Source of the DNA: Candidatus Thorarchaeota archaeon
GTDB taxonomy: Archaea; Asgardarchaeota; Thorarchaeia; Thorarchaeales; Thorarchaeaceae
Assembly (NCBI GenBank): GCA_004524445.1
Contig: SDNP01000007.1
Span: 33,141-97,140 of the forward strand
Length of the DNA: 64,000 nt
Reading direction: 5' to 3'
Below the pieces are notes generated by a model. The model was not told the origin of the DNA, made no database searches, and worked only from the letters and a program-made list of their open reading frames with translations. The stretch's first letter is position 1; each line of letters opens with the position of its first letter. The position numbers and the translations under genes were made by a program. This document shows positions 1 through 8,586 of the stretch, piece by piece.

Positions 1-301
1 CATCAGCATATTTTTCGACAGTTCTAATCGTATCAGCTAAAGTTTCTCCCTTGCCCCCTGCACTTGATGAAATGACATCAGCAAAGCCTAGTACTCCTCC
101 TCCCAGTCTAATCATGGCGCTTTCGAAGGATAATCGTGTTCGTGTAGATGCCTCAAAAAATAAGCATGCCATTATTTTTCCTTTCAAGTCGTCGCTTCTC
201 TCTTTTGCGACTGCTTCCATCTCTGTTGCTTTCCCCAGTATCCGGTCAATACCATCTCGGTCAAGGTCTTGTATGCTGATTAGGTCATTGAGCGGTTTCA
301 T
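1..301 (-). CDS. pyrB: Aspartate carbamoyltransferase catalytic subunit, N-terminal part (runs off window)
   Basis: Manual minus-strand translation from ATG at 301: [18 protein letters not shown]...[22 protein letters not shown]...[10 protein letters not shown]; STRT carbamoyl-phosphate motif. Confidence 0.93.
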   Translation of the reverse strand, partial: MKPLNDLISIQDLDRDGIDRILGKATEMEAVAKERSDDLKGKIMACLFFEASTRTRLSFESAMIRLGGGVLGFADVISSSAGGKGETLADTIRTVEKYAD

Positions 302-384
302 TTCTTATGTTCTCCAATTGACTAAGACGGGCGGAATCTTCAGTTCCTCTTTAACCTTTCCAGTAAGCTAGGCTACCTGACAAA

Positions 385-867
385 TTATTGATCAATGCCA
401 TGCTGTCGTTCCATGTCTATTTTTCGAATTTTCAGATTGGACTGTTGTACAAGTTCAAGAGCTAAGTCATCAGGATACCCTTCGATGTAAATGACTTCCT
501 TGATGCCTGCGTTGATTATCATTTTTGTACAGATACTGCAGGGGAGTGTGGTGCAATACATCTTAGCCCCTTTCACACTTACTCCATGATATGCTGCTTG
601 GATAATTGCGTTTTGTTCTGCGTGTAAACCTCTACAAAGTTCATGTCTTTCTCCTGATTTTATTCCTGATTTTTCTCTTAAGCAGCCACCAATTTCTTCA
701 CAGTGAGGCAGACCCTTTGGAGCACCATTGTAACCGGTGGATAGAATTTGAGCATCCTTCACTATCACCGCTCCAACATGGTTCCGCAGACATGTGCTTC
801 TAGTACTAACTAAATCTGCAATCTCAGCGAAGTATACATCCTTGCTCTTCCTAGCCATCTCAACCAC
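385..867 (-). CDS. dCMP deaminase (ComEB family)
   Basis: RSTC, TGYNG, HAEQNAI and PCSIC zinc motifs. Confidence 0.92.
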   Translation of the reverse strand: MVEMARKSKDVYFAEIADLVSTRSTCLRNHVGAVIVKDAQILSTGYNGAPKGLPHCEEIGGCLREKSGIKSGERHELCRGLHAEQNAIIQAAYHGVSVKGAKMYCTTLPCSICTKMIINAGIKEVIYIEGYPDDLALELVQQSNLKIRKIDMERQHGIDQ

Positions 868-1012
868 ATCTCCGTCGAGTGTTATGGCGCTCTAAGACTT
901 ACCATCTTATGAAGTTCCCCCTAGATGGACGTGACACAGAGGAAAGGTAAAAAGTGGACATCATGTGAACGTAGTAACAAGAATCGTGTATGATACGGAA
1001 GTTAGTTGGACC

Positions 1013-1366
1013 ATGAGACAGAAGAAAGGGAAAGTCATAATTTGGCCAGAATACCTGGATTCAGAACTGTCTAGGTCAGAAGGAAGACGAATTCCAAAGA
1101 ACCTCGGAGCACCTGATGTGGATCTGAAGATTCTGAGAGAAGGGGCAGCTCTTGCTAATCTTGACGCCCAGGTAGAAACTGGGAAAACATATCCACGAGG
1201 TCACGAAGAACGTGGTGGCTACTTGATTGTGGAAAACCCAGATAGCCACAAAAAAGGACGCCTTCTTTTGATGCTGGCAAAAGGAGTCCGTCGTGCAGTA
1301 GCCGAACGGATTAAGGCCAAGAAAGAATCAGCAAAAGGCAAGGGTAGGCGTAGACGAAGAAGATAG
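1013..1366 (+). CDS. srp19: Signal recognition particle 19 kDa protein
   Basis: IIWPEYLDSELSRSEGRRIPK signature, KTYPR, basic C-terminus; ATG at 1013 preferred over GTG at 965. Confidence 0.92.
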   Translation: MRQKKGKVIIWPEYLDSELSRSEGRRIPKNLGAPDVDLKILREGAALANLDAQVETGKTYPRGHEERGGYLIVENPDSHKKGRLLLMLAKGVRRAVAERIKAKKESAKGKGRRRRRR

Positions 1367-1368
1367 TT

Positions 1369-1647
1369 TTGGCAGAAGTGATTCCCATGCGACGTTTAGG
1401 AAAAGTTCTACATATCAGCAAACGAGGCTCGATTATTGTTCGAACAAACCAAACTCCGCCTATGAAGGCAAATGTCGTAAACAAAAGGTCAGAGAATATA
1501 GGCATTGTTAAAGATGTGTTTGGGCCGGTTAACGAACCCTATGTCACAGTGCAGCCGAGAAAAAACATGGAAAATCCAGAGGGGCTTGTTGGTCAGATGC
1601 TCTACCTCTATAAGAAGAGAAATCATCGCAGAAACCAATCCATGTAA
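1369..1647 (+). CDS. gar1: H/ACA RNP subunit Gar1/Naf1
   Basis: LGKVLH...IGIVKDVFGPVNEPYV pattern; follows srp19. Confidence 0.9.
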   Translation: MAEVIPMRRLGKVLHISKRGSIIVRTNQTPPMKANVVNKRSENIGIVKDVFGPVNEPYVTVQPRKNMENPEGLVGQMLYLYKKRNHRRNQSM

Positions 1648-1755
1648 GAAGTTTAATGTTCATTTATGTACATTCGTGTTACCTCTTTAACATAATTTAA
1701 AGGGTATCTTCCGTAAGTATTAATTTGGTCCATGTCATCCTGTAGCTGTTGACAT

Positions 1756-2130
1756 GTGTCTACTTCAAAGGTCATGAAAATGGGAGGCATAGTCGACGAA
1801 GTGATTCACGCTTTCCGCGTTATAGGTCGTCGAGGTCTTACCGTCGAACAGTTGACTAAGCAATTGGATTCCGACACTAATGAAATAGCATCAACAATAA
1901 AACAATTGATAACGGAGAAACGTATTATGGAAAAAGCTGAATCGAAGGAGGCTAGATACTTCCTGAGAACACTTATGGATAACGAACAAGGCCAAGGCGG
2001 CATTGGCGACCTCGATGGGTGTCCCTGTTTCCACTGCCTCAAGATTGGTAAATGTGGAATACGACAACCAGACTCGCCAGTTGCCTGCCGCGAATTAGAT
2101 CAGTGGATGGAGAGCTCAGATTCTAACTAG
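1756..2130 (+). CDS. TFE-beta / RPC34-like factor (winged helix plus 4Fe-4S domain)
   Basis: N-terminal wHTH-like region; C-terminal CPCFHC-x5-C-x8-PVAC-x2-L-x2-W resembles the RPC34/TFE-beta cluster motif; next to gar1 and trm1. Confidence 0.72.
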   Translation: MSTSKVMKMGGIVDEVIHAFRVIGRRGLTVEQLTKQLDSDTNEIASTIKQLITEKRIMEKAESKEARYFLRTLMDNEQGQGGIGDLDGCPCFHCLKIGKCGIRQPDSPVACRELDQWMESSDSN

Positions 2131-2150
2131 TATACAGTCTATGGGATGGT

Positions 2151-2738
2151 CTAATTCTTTTTCGGACCAATAGCGAGAAGATAAATCTCGGCACTTGTTT
2201 TCCTCGAGGCATCGGGCTTCACAAGTTTAACTGAATTATAAGATTTCCTAGTTGCCGTCATAAACTCTCTAAACCCTCGCCCCTCAAAGACCTTAGTCAA
2301 GACCTTTCCATTTTTTTCCAAGAGCTTATGTCCTATTTCGAGCGTAATTCTCGCCAAGTCAAGTTGCCTTGCCACATCAATATCCCAGTGACCCGAAACA
2401 TTCGGAGAACAATCCGATAAGATAAGGTCTGCGGAGCCCCTAGTGAGTTGTTCAATCTTTTCGAGAGTGGTGTCCTCAGTTATATCTCCTTTAACAAATT
2501 TCACTCCTGGTAGAGGTGCCATTGGATTGATGTCTACGGCTACTATTTCCATAGTCCGATCCTTCTCACGCAAAACCTGCGTCCACCCCCCAGGGCTGCT
2601 ACACAGTTCTACAACCACATTAACCCCCTCTAGCAACTTGTACTTTCTAATCATTTGCTTGAGTTTAAATGCTGATCTTGCCCGGTATCCTTGTTTCTTA
2701 GCCTGTCTGTAATATTGGTCCTTTCTCGGTCTAGGCAT
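2151..2738 (-). CDS. rlmE: 23S rRNA U2552 2'-O-methyltransferase (RlmE/FtsJ)
   Basis: GYRARSAFKL, SSPGGWTQ, SDCSPNVSG, KPDASRKTSAEIY. Confidence 0.95.
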   Translation of the reverse strand: MPRPRKDQYYRQAKKQGYRARSAFKLKQMIRKYKLLEGVNVVVELCSSPGGWTQVLREKDRTMEIVAVDINPMAPLPGVKFVKGDITEDTTLEKIEQLTRGSADLILSDCSPNVSGHWDIDVARQLDLARITLEIGHKLLEKNGKVLTKVFEGRGFREFMTATRKSYNSVKLVKPDASRKTSAEIYLLAIGPKKN

Positions 2739-2742
2739 TTTC

Positions 2743-3963
2743 TCATCTCTCTCCTAGAATGCTTTTTATAACCTTCACGACTTCTTTCACGGTGGCATTG
2801 GTTCTAATGGCTGTAGGTTTGAAATGTGACCTGACACACTTGTAGCCCCTTTCTTCGAGGGATTTGATTACATCGTCTTGCTTAGGTGGGGGCCAGGAAT
2901 AGATATCACACATTTGATGTATATCTAAATAGAACTCCTGTATTGATGATTCTTGCGTGATGAGATTCAACATCAGTTTAGTCCTCCTACTAATTGAATT
3001 CTTATGCTCCTCCATAGTTTCCGCTGTTTGCGTAACAAACTCCGGGTCCTGGATGGAGCCAATCCACATTGGTCCTGCAACCTCAACTTTGTCGGGGCAG
3101 CCGGATCTAATATGCCGGAACTCTGAAGCTCTCTTCAATGCTAGAAGAGGTATTACATCCCATGCCATGCAATGCCTGCAATACCTTACTAATCCGATTC
3201 TTTCTGAATCTTGATTCCCCTCGCTTTTGCTAGCCTTTGTTTCTATCCATACTCGGATGTAGTGGTCTGTACTGAGAGATAGTATTGGTGATATCGAGAA
3301 GTCATTCATTCCCGCGACGGAGAATGCGCTACCAATTACCAGTCTAAGAGCTAACTCGTGTACAAATGGTGCCCTAATTGATATCCCGCCATACTTCCTT
3401 AGTGCTACTCTGGGATATACTCCACAAAGTGCTGGCATATCGGTAGCAGTAATACCAATGAGCCCTCTGCGGGGGTTAATCCCTTGAATGGCTGCATTGA
3501 GGAACGGATTTGGGTTGCCAAACGGGTCAATATCTATGAAATCAAAACGCTTGCCCCTACTCTCTGTGAGAAGAAGAATTCTTGCATCCCCTAAGATGAC
3601 CTGTGCCCTTTCATCAAATCCATTTGATGCTACATTTCTCTCTGCAATCTCTACGGCTTCTGAATTGGTATCAAACATGACGGAGTGAAAATCACCCTTT
3701 ACTTCATTCAAATAACGGAGGCTTCTAATGCCTGAGCCTGTGAGCGGCTCGCAAATTAGATCCACCTGGTTGGTTTTGCAGTATGTGTCAAGAACTAGGA
3801 CCGACAGGTCTCTATTGATTCTCATTCGTGGATTGTAAAACACTGGCATATCTGAAGTGGGTTGCCCCTTCTTTGAACTATAATGGTCTACATCTGCACT
3901 CAGGAAAGTCGTCTTTCCCTCTTGATATTCCTTCAGAACGGTCATGAAACAAGATGAACTCAA
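2743..3963 (-). CDS. trm1: tRNA (guanine-26) N2,N2-dimethyltransferase
   Basis: VFYNPRMRINRDLS, SGIRSLRY, DIDPFG, TATD, GPMWIG, IRTNA. Confidence 0.95.
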   Translation of the reverse strand: MSSSCFMTVLKEYQEGKTTFLSADVDHYSSKKGQPTSDMPVFYNPRMRINRDLSVLVLDTYCKTNQVDLICEPLTGSGIRSLRYLNEVKGDFHSVMFDTNSEAVEIAERNVASNGFDERAQVILGDARILLLTESRGKRFDFIDIDPFGNPNPFLNAAIQGINPRRGLIGITATDMPALCGVYPRVALRKYGGISIRAPFVHELALRLVIGSAFSVAGMNDFSISPILSLSTDHYIRVWIETKASKSEGNQDSERIGLVRYCRHCMAWDVIPLLALKRASEFRHIRSGCPDKVEVAGPMWIGSIQDPEFVTQTAETMEEHKNSISRRTKLMLNLITQESSIQEFYLDIHQMCDIYSWPPPKQDDVIKSLEERGYKCVRSHFKPTAIRTNATVKEVVKVIKSILGER

Positions 3964-4068
3964 TATTCACTCTAATAAGGCAATAGGCTCGGCCTATACC
4001 AGCATAGCATAACCTCTAAGTGGGAATCATTATGTGTGCTGGATATGCTTGGGATTGTTGGTCCCTAG

Positions 4069-4557
4069 TTGGTGATAATGATGACAACGAAAGTGAAAAT
4101 CGAAACGAAATACGGGGCTATAATTGCAGAGCTATGGGCTGATGAAGCTATGAATACTGTGAAGAATTTTGTATCTCTTGCACAGAGCGGATATTATGAT
4201 AATCTCACTTTTCATCGTGTTGTTGATAATTTTGTTGTACAAGGTGGCGACCCTCAAGGAACTGGAACCGGCGGACCTGGGTATAGGATTCCATGTGAAA
4301 CAAAAGGCGAAAACCAAGTTCACGTTGATGGGGCATTCTCTATGGCCCATGCGGGGCAAGATACCGGTGGTAGTCAGTTCTTTATCGTTCTGAATTCGGA
4401 CAATTGTAGCCATCTTGATGGCAGACACACTGTATTTGGCAAGACTATTGAAGGAATGGATGTAGTTAGGAAAATTAAACAAGGTGACAAGATGCTCAAA
4501 GTGGAAGTCTTAGAGATTGACCCAACCATTGAAGCGCATGAGCTCCAAAAACTATGA
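4069..4557 (+). CDS. Cyclophilin-type peptidyl-prolyl isomerase
   Basis: FHRVVDNFVVQGGDP, SMAHAG, GSQFFI, LDGRHTVFG. Confidence 0.95.
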   Translation: MVIMMTTKVKIETKYGAIIAELWADEAMNTVKNFVSLAQSGYYDNLTFHRVVDNFVVQGGDPQGTGTGGPGYRIPCETKGENQVHVDGAFSMAHAGQDTGGSQFFIVLNSDNCSHLDGRHTVFGKTIEGMDVVRKIKQGDKMLKVEVLEIDPTIEAHELQKL

Positions 4558-4680
4558 CTGGATGAATCATCTTTGAGTGGATAATATTTCTAAGGCGGTA
4601 CATAATACTCTGCAGATAGGGTGTCTAGGAAAAACGATATATAGCAGGCTATTTGGCATCGAGTTAAAGAGGCCAAATAA

Positions 4681-6819
4681 ATGTCCGAACTGATTTTCCT
4701 TTCAGTAAGTATAATTTCAGGCCTCCTTGCAATTTTCGTTGCTCTCTTCACTTTCAAAAAAGTGAAGAAATATGATGAGGGCGGCGAAAGAATGAGGGAG
4801 GTCAGTAGACTGATAGAGGAAGGTGCATATTCCTTTATCAAAATTCAATACAAGATTCTTGGAATTTTCACTGCGTTCCTTGCGGTAGTATTAGCCCTAG
4901 TTTTCGGAGATCTTGGAATCCCGATTGCAGTCTCGTACATTCTGGGGTCCCTCGCAAGCATGGCAGCTGGATACGTAGGTATCATAATTGCTACTATTGC
5001 AAACAGACGAACTGCGGCTGCTGCTGCATCTGGTGGGCTAAATCCCGCATTCAATGTGGCATTCAAAGCAGGCTCTGTTATGGGACTCATGATTGCGGGA
5101 ATTGCACTTGCTGGTCTAGGGTTGCTCTATATACTCTGGGACCTGATATTTCCTGCACTCACAACCATACGCCTTTGGGAAATTGTGACTGGCTTTTCAT
5201 TCGGAGCTAGCACTGTGGCTCTCTTCGCGAAAGCAGGTGGCGGAATCTATACCAAAACTGCAGACCTTGCAGCTGATATTGTTGGCAAGATTGAGCGTCA
5301 CATCCCCGAAGACGATCCTCGGAATCCTGCTGCAATTGCTGATGCAGTTGGCGACAACGTTGGGGACGTTGCTGGTACCGGAGCTGATATTTTCGATAGC
5401 AATGTTGCAGCTATTCTTGCAGCCGCGATATTAGGTGCCGCAATCGATGCTGTATTCGCTCCAGTTGCTCCCTTTGGACTCCTTCCTCTGATGATAGCTG
5501 GTCTGGGTACCCTTGCATCGGTTATCGGTGTATTTTTTGTTAGAGTTGATGAAACAGCAGACACAGATCCCGGTCCAATATTGAATCGTGGAACCTATCT
5601 GACCACTATCTTGTTTGCTATTTTCACCGTGACAATCACATGGATAATGGGCATTGATTTACTCATTGCTGGAGCGGCTATTCTGGGACTATTTACGGGG
5701 GTCATTATTGGATTTACTTCTGATGTTTTTACGAACGATCGAGGAATCGGTTTCTTCAAACCTGTACCCAATATGGTCGAATCTGCTCAAAAGAGCGCGG
5801 CAAATCTAATACTCTCAGGATACTCTTATGGTCTTCTAAGTGCAGTCCCCTCAGTCATCATGATTGCGGCTGCATTAGTTGGTTCTTTCCTTCTTGGTTC
5901 CAGTGCGACTAGTATTGGACTCGGGACCTGGCAGGGTGGAATATACGCTGTATCAATCGCTGCCGTAGGACTGTTATCAACTAACGGTATGATAATGAGT
6001 TCCGATGCATATGGCCCCATTGTAGATAATGCCAGAGGCGTCATTGAACAGGCCGATGCTGGGGAACAGGCTGTCGTAGATTGTGATAAACTGGATGCCA
6101 GCGGAAATACAGCAAAAGCAATTACAAAGGGCTTTGCTATTGGAGCATCAGCAATATCCGTGCTGGCTCTCTTTTCTGCATTTCTTGAGTCAGCAAGACC
6201 AATCATTGGTTATATTCCCATTGTAGACCTATCAAGTCCTTTCATTCTCGCTGGAGCCTTCATTGGGTCACTAGTACCTGCAGTGTTCTCCGCCATCCTC
6301 ATTCTTGGAGTGGGGCGCAACTCGGAGCGCATGATTGCAGAAATCCGCCGCCAGTTCAAGAGTGACCCAGGTATTCTTGAGGGCACTTCAAAGCCGGACT
6401 ATGAGAAGTGCATTGCGATTGCAACTTCAGGTGCCTTACGTGAACTGCTACCTGGCACAATCCTTGCTATTGTGATAACAATAATCACAGGTATAATCCT
6501 CGGCATCGAAGCACTTGCAGGGTATCTTGGTGGAGCTGTTCTAGTTGGTCTGTCAATGGCATTACTCATGTCAAACTCCGGTGGAGCATGGGACAATGCT
6601 AAGAAAATCATTGAATCCCCAGAATCGCCTATTTTGCCTGACGATCCTGGATATCAAGAGGTTCATGACAATGCGGTGCTTGGTGACATGGTTGGAGACC
6701 CCTTCAAAGATACTGCGGGACCATCTATCAATACGCTGCTAGTGGTTATCTCATTGACATCCACTCTGTTTCTCCCAGTGATTGCAGCACTAAATATTGC
6801 TCTCTCAGCTCTATTCTAG
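4681..6819 (+). CDS. hppA: Membrane-integral ion-translocating pyrophosphatase
   Basis: GGGIYTKTADLAAD, EDDPRNPA, DNVGD, YGPIVDNA, GGAWDNAKK, GDPFKDTAGP; many TM helices. Confidence 0.96.
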   Translation: MSELIFLSVSIISGLLAIFVALFTFKKVKKYDEGGERMREVSRLIEEGAYSFIKIQYKILGIFTAFLAVVLALVFGDLGIPIAVSYILGSLASMAAGYVGIIIATIANRRTAAAAASGGLNPAFNVAFKAGSVMGLMIAGIALAGLGLLYILWDLIFPALTTIRLWEIVTGFSFGASTVALFAKAGGGIYTKTADLAADIVGKIERHIPEDDPRNPAAIADAVGDNVGDVAGTGADIFDSNVAAILAAAILGAAIDAVFAPVAPFGLLPLMIAGLGTLASVIGVFFVRVDETADTDPGPILNRGTYLTTILFAIFTVTITWIMGIDLLIAGAAILGLFTGVIIGFTSDVFTNDRGIGFFKPVPNMVESAQKSAANLILSGYSYGLLSAVPSVIMIAAALVGSFLLGSSATSIGLGTWQGGIYAVSIAAVGLLSTNGMIMSSDAYGPIVDNARGVIEQADAGEQAVVDCDKLDASGNTAKAITKGFAIGASAISVLALFSAFLESARPIIGYIPIVDLSSPFILAGAFIGSLVPAVFSAILILGVGRNSERMIAEIRRQFKSDPGILEGTSKPDYEKCIAIATSGALRELLPGTILAIVITIITGIILGIEALAGYLGGAVLVGLSMALLMSNSGGAWDNAKKIIESPESPILPDDPGYQEVHDNAVLGDMVGDPFKDTAGPSINTLLVVISLTSTLFLPVIAALNIALSALF

Positions 6820-6835
6820 TAGATTCGAGAGCAAA

Positions 6836-6859
6836 GGACGACTCCACAAGGAGTCGTCC
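6836..6859 (+). terminator. Perfect 10-bp hairpin after hppA
   Basis: GGACGACTCC-ACAA-GGAGTCGTCC; function (terminator or processing site) inferred. Confidence 0.4.
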
Positions 6860-6879
6860 CCTCACAGAGGAAAAAAAAA

Positions 6880-7767
6880 ATGCGTTTTGGGATTGTTCCA
6901 CTGGAATTTCGACCTGCTGTTGAGAAGATTGTAGTAGATGGTGTGCCTGATTTCTCTAGATTTGATATTGTTCAGATAGTAGAGCAGGCTTTAGACATTG
7001 CTCACATAAGTGTCATTGAAGTAACCATGGACATCGCTCACATTATTCCAGATTCGCTGGGAGATGAGGAAATCGATCGGCTGATTGAACTGAAAGATGA
7101 ATACGGGCATTCATACACCGCTCATCTTCCTCTTTGGTCGGTAGAACCTGCGACATTCAATCAGCAGATTAGAAAAGCCAGTGTAGACACCATCGTCCAG
7201 TCAATAGAACTTGCTCAACCACTTGAACCAGAATTCTATGTCCTCCACTCTACCGGGGCCTTAGCATCAGAATTCTCTCATCTGGAGTTTCCATCTGCGA
7301 TGCAGGATGTGATTTCGGCTGCACTAGCAGGATTCTCGGCAAACAGTGTAGAAGAGATTCTAACACAATCCGAAATCGACTCCCGGAAACTAGCAATAGA
7401 AAATATTGAATTTCCCTTTGAATTTACTCTCCAAGTCGCAGAAGAATACGACACATCGATATGCTTTGATACAGGACATCTGCTTGCAAGATTTTCAGGT
7501 GATGAAGATGTTGTTGATTTCTATACGCAGCATAAAGACATCATTACTGAGATTCATCTTAATGATGGAAGCTACTTGGAAAAGCATGGTGTGAAAATTG
7601 TCGATGACCATCTTGCTCTGGGTGAAGGTCAGATGCCAGTCAAAGCATTCCTTACAGAGCTTGTTATGGATGATTTCAACGGCCCGCTAATTTTCGAGCT
7701 AACTACTGAGGAAGTCTTACAATCGCTAACCCTAATCGAGCGAGAAGTCCCACAAGCCTTGAATTGA
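6880..7767 (+). CDS. AP endonuclease 2 / xylose isomerase-like TIM-barrel metalloprotein (possibly CbiR-like)
   Basis: HLP, VLH, IENI, CFDTGH, EIHLND, DHLALG, FEL metal-ligand pattern. Confidence 0.75.
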   Translation: MRFGIVPLEFRPAVEKIVVDGVPDFSRFDIVQIVEQALDIAHISVIEVTMDIAHIIPDSLGDEEIDRLIELKDEYGHSYTAHLPLWSVEPATFNQQIRKASVDTIVQSIELAQPLEPEFYVLHSTGALASEFSHLEFPSAMQDVISAALAGFSANSVEEILTQSEIDSRKLAIENIEFPFEFTLQVAEEYDTSICFDTGHLLARFSGDEDVVDFYTQHKDIITEIHLNDGSYLEKHGVKIVDDHLALGEGQMPVKAFLTELVMDDFNGPLIFELTTEEVLQSLTLIEREVPQALN

Positions 7768-7860
7768 TGGATATACCCTGACTATCTTCGACTACTGTTG
7801 AGTGCAACGTCACAACGTTTTTATCATCTTTAGCCGTGCAAGAGCCCGTAACAACTATCT

Positions 7861-7970
7861 GGGCCCGTGGCATAGACTGGTTATTGCACCGCTCTGATAT
7901 GCGGGCGAGAGTCATAATCGCCCCCTCCGAGAGGCGGGGGCCGAGTGTTCAAATCACTCCGGGCCCACCA
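7861..7970 (+). tRNA. tRNA-Ile(GAU) with 32-nt intron at 37/38 (7900-7931)
   Basis: Acceptor GGGCCCG/CGGGCCC plus ACCA; anticodon GAT at 7896-7898; T-arm GAGTG-TTCAAAT-CACTC; BHB-like junctions [CTGA]TA|T and [TCCG]AG|A. Confidence 0.9.
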
Positions 7971-8077
7971 CTTCCTTTCTGATGGCTCATTTCCCTCGAT
8001 AACACCGGGATGCGCATTGATTATATCCGTGCAGTCATATGTCCTGTTTAGATAATTGTGCTGTTCATTGATTTGCC

Positions 8078-8542
8078 ATGAGTCCCAATGACAAAGAGAA
8101 CTCAGATTTTGAAAATCTTACCAGCAGATTAGAAGAAAGACTATCTGGTGATACCCACAACAGTTTTGCTAATGGTCAGCTAAATGAAATACGGTCGGAT
8201 AATAACTCGTTGGTCATTGACAAGTATAGAACCTCATTACTACTCATCTATCGAAATCAATGTCCTTATTGTAAGCAGCTCATGCCAAAATTAGCAGAGC
8301 TTGCCAAAGACTATCGGTCTCAAGTCTTTTTCGCAAAGATAAACATAGATACCAATAGAGATGTTGCGGAAAGATTTCACGTACTGGGAGTTCCATTAGT
8401 CATTGCTCTGAAGAAGGGACACCCAGTGGATCGTATCGAAGGACTTCGCAATATTGCGGTTTATGATGATTGGATAAACCAAATCCATAGAGGCATCAGG
8501 CCAACGAATTTCGAAAAGGGTTCTCTAAGCAAATTGGAATAA
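8078..8542 (+). CDS. Thioredoxin family protein
   Basis: CPYC active site, FFAKINID, cis-Pro in GVP. Confidence 0.9.
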   Translation: MSPNDKENSDFENLTSRLEERLSGDTHNSFANGQLNEIRSDNNSLVIDKYRTSLLLIYRNQCPYCKQLMPKLAELAKDYRSQVFFAKINIDTNRDVAERFHVLGVPLVIALKKGHPVDRIEGLRNIAVYDDWINQIHRGIRPTNFEKGSLSKLE

Positions 8543-8586
8543 CACGTGGGCAAAATCTCTTGGAACTAACTGTCGCCTATGCATAT

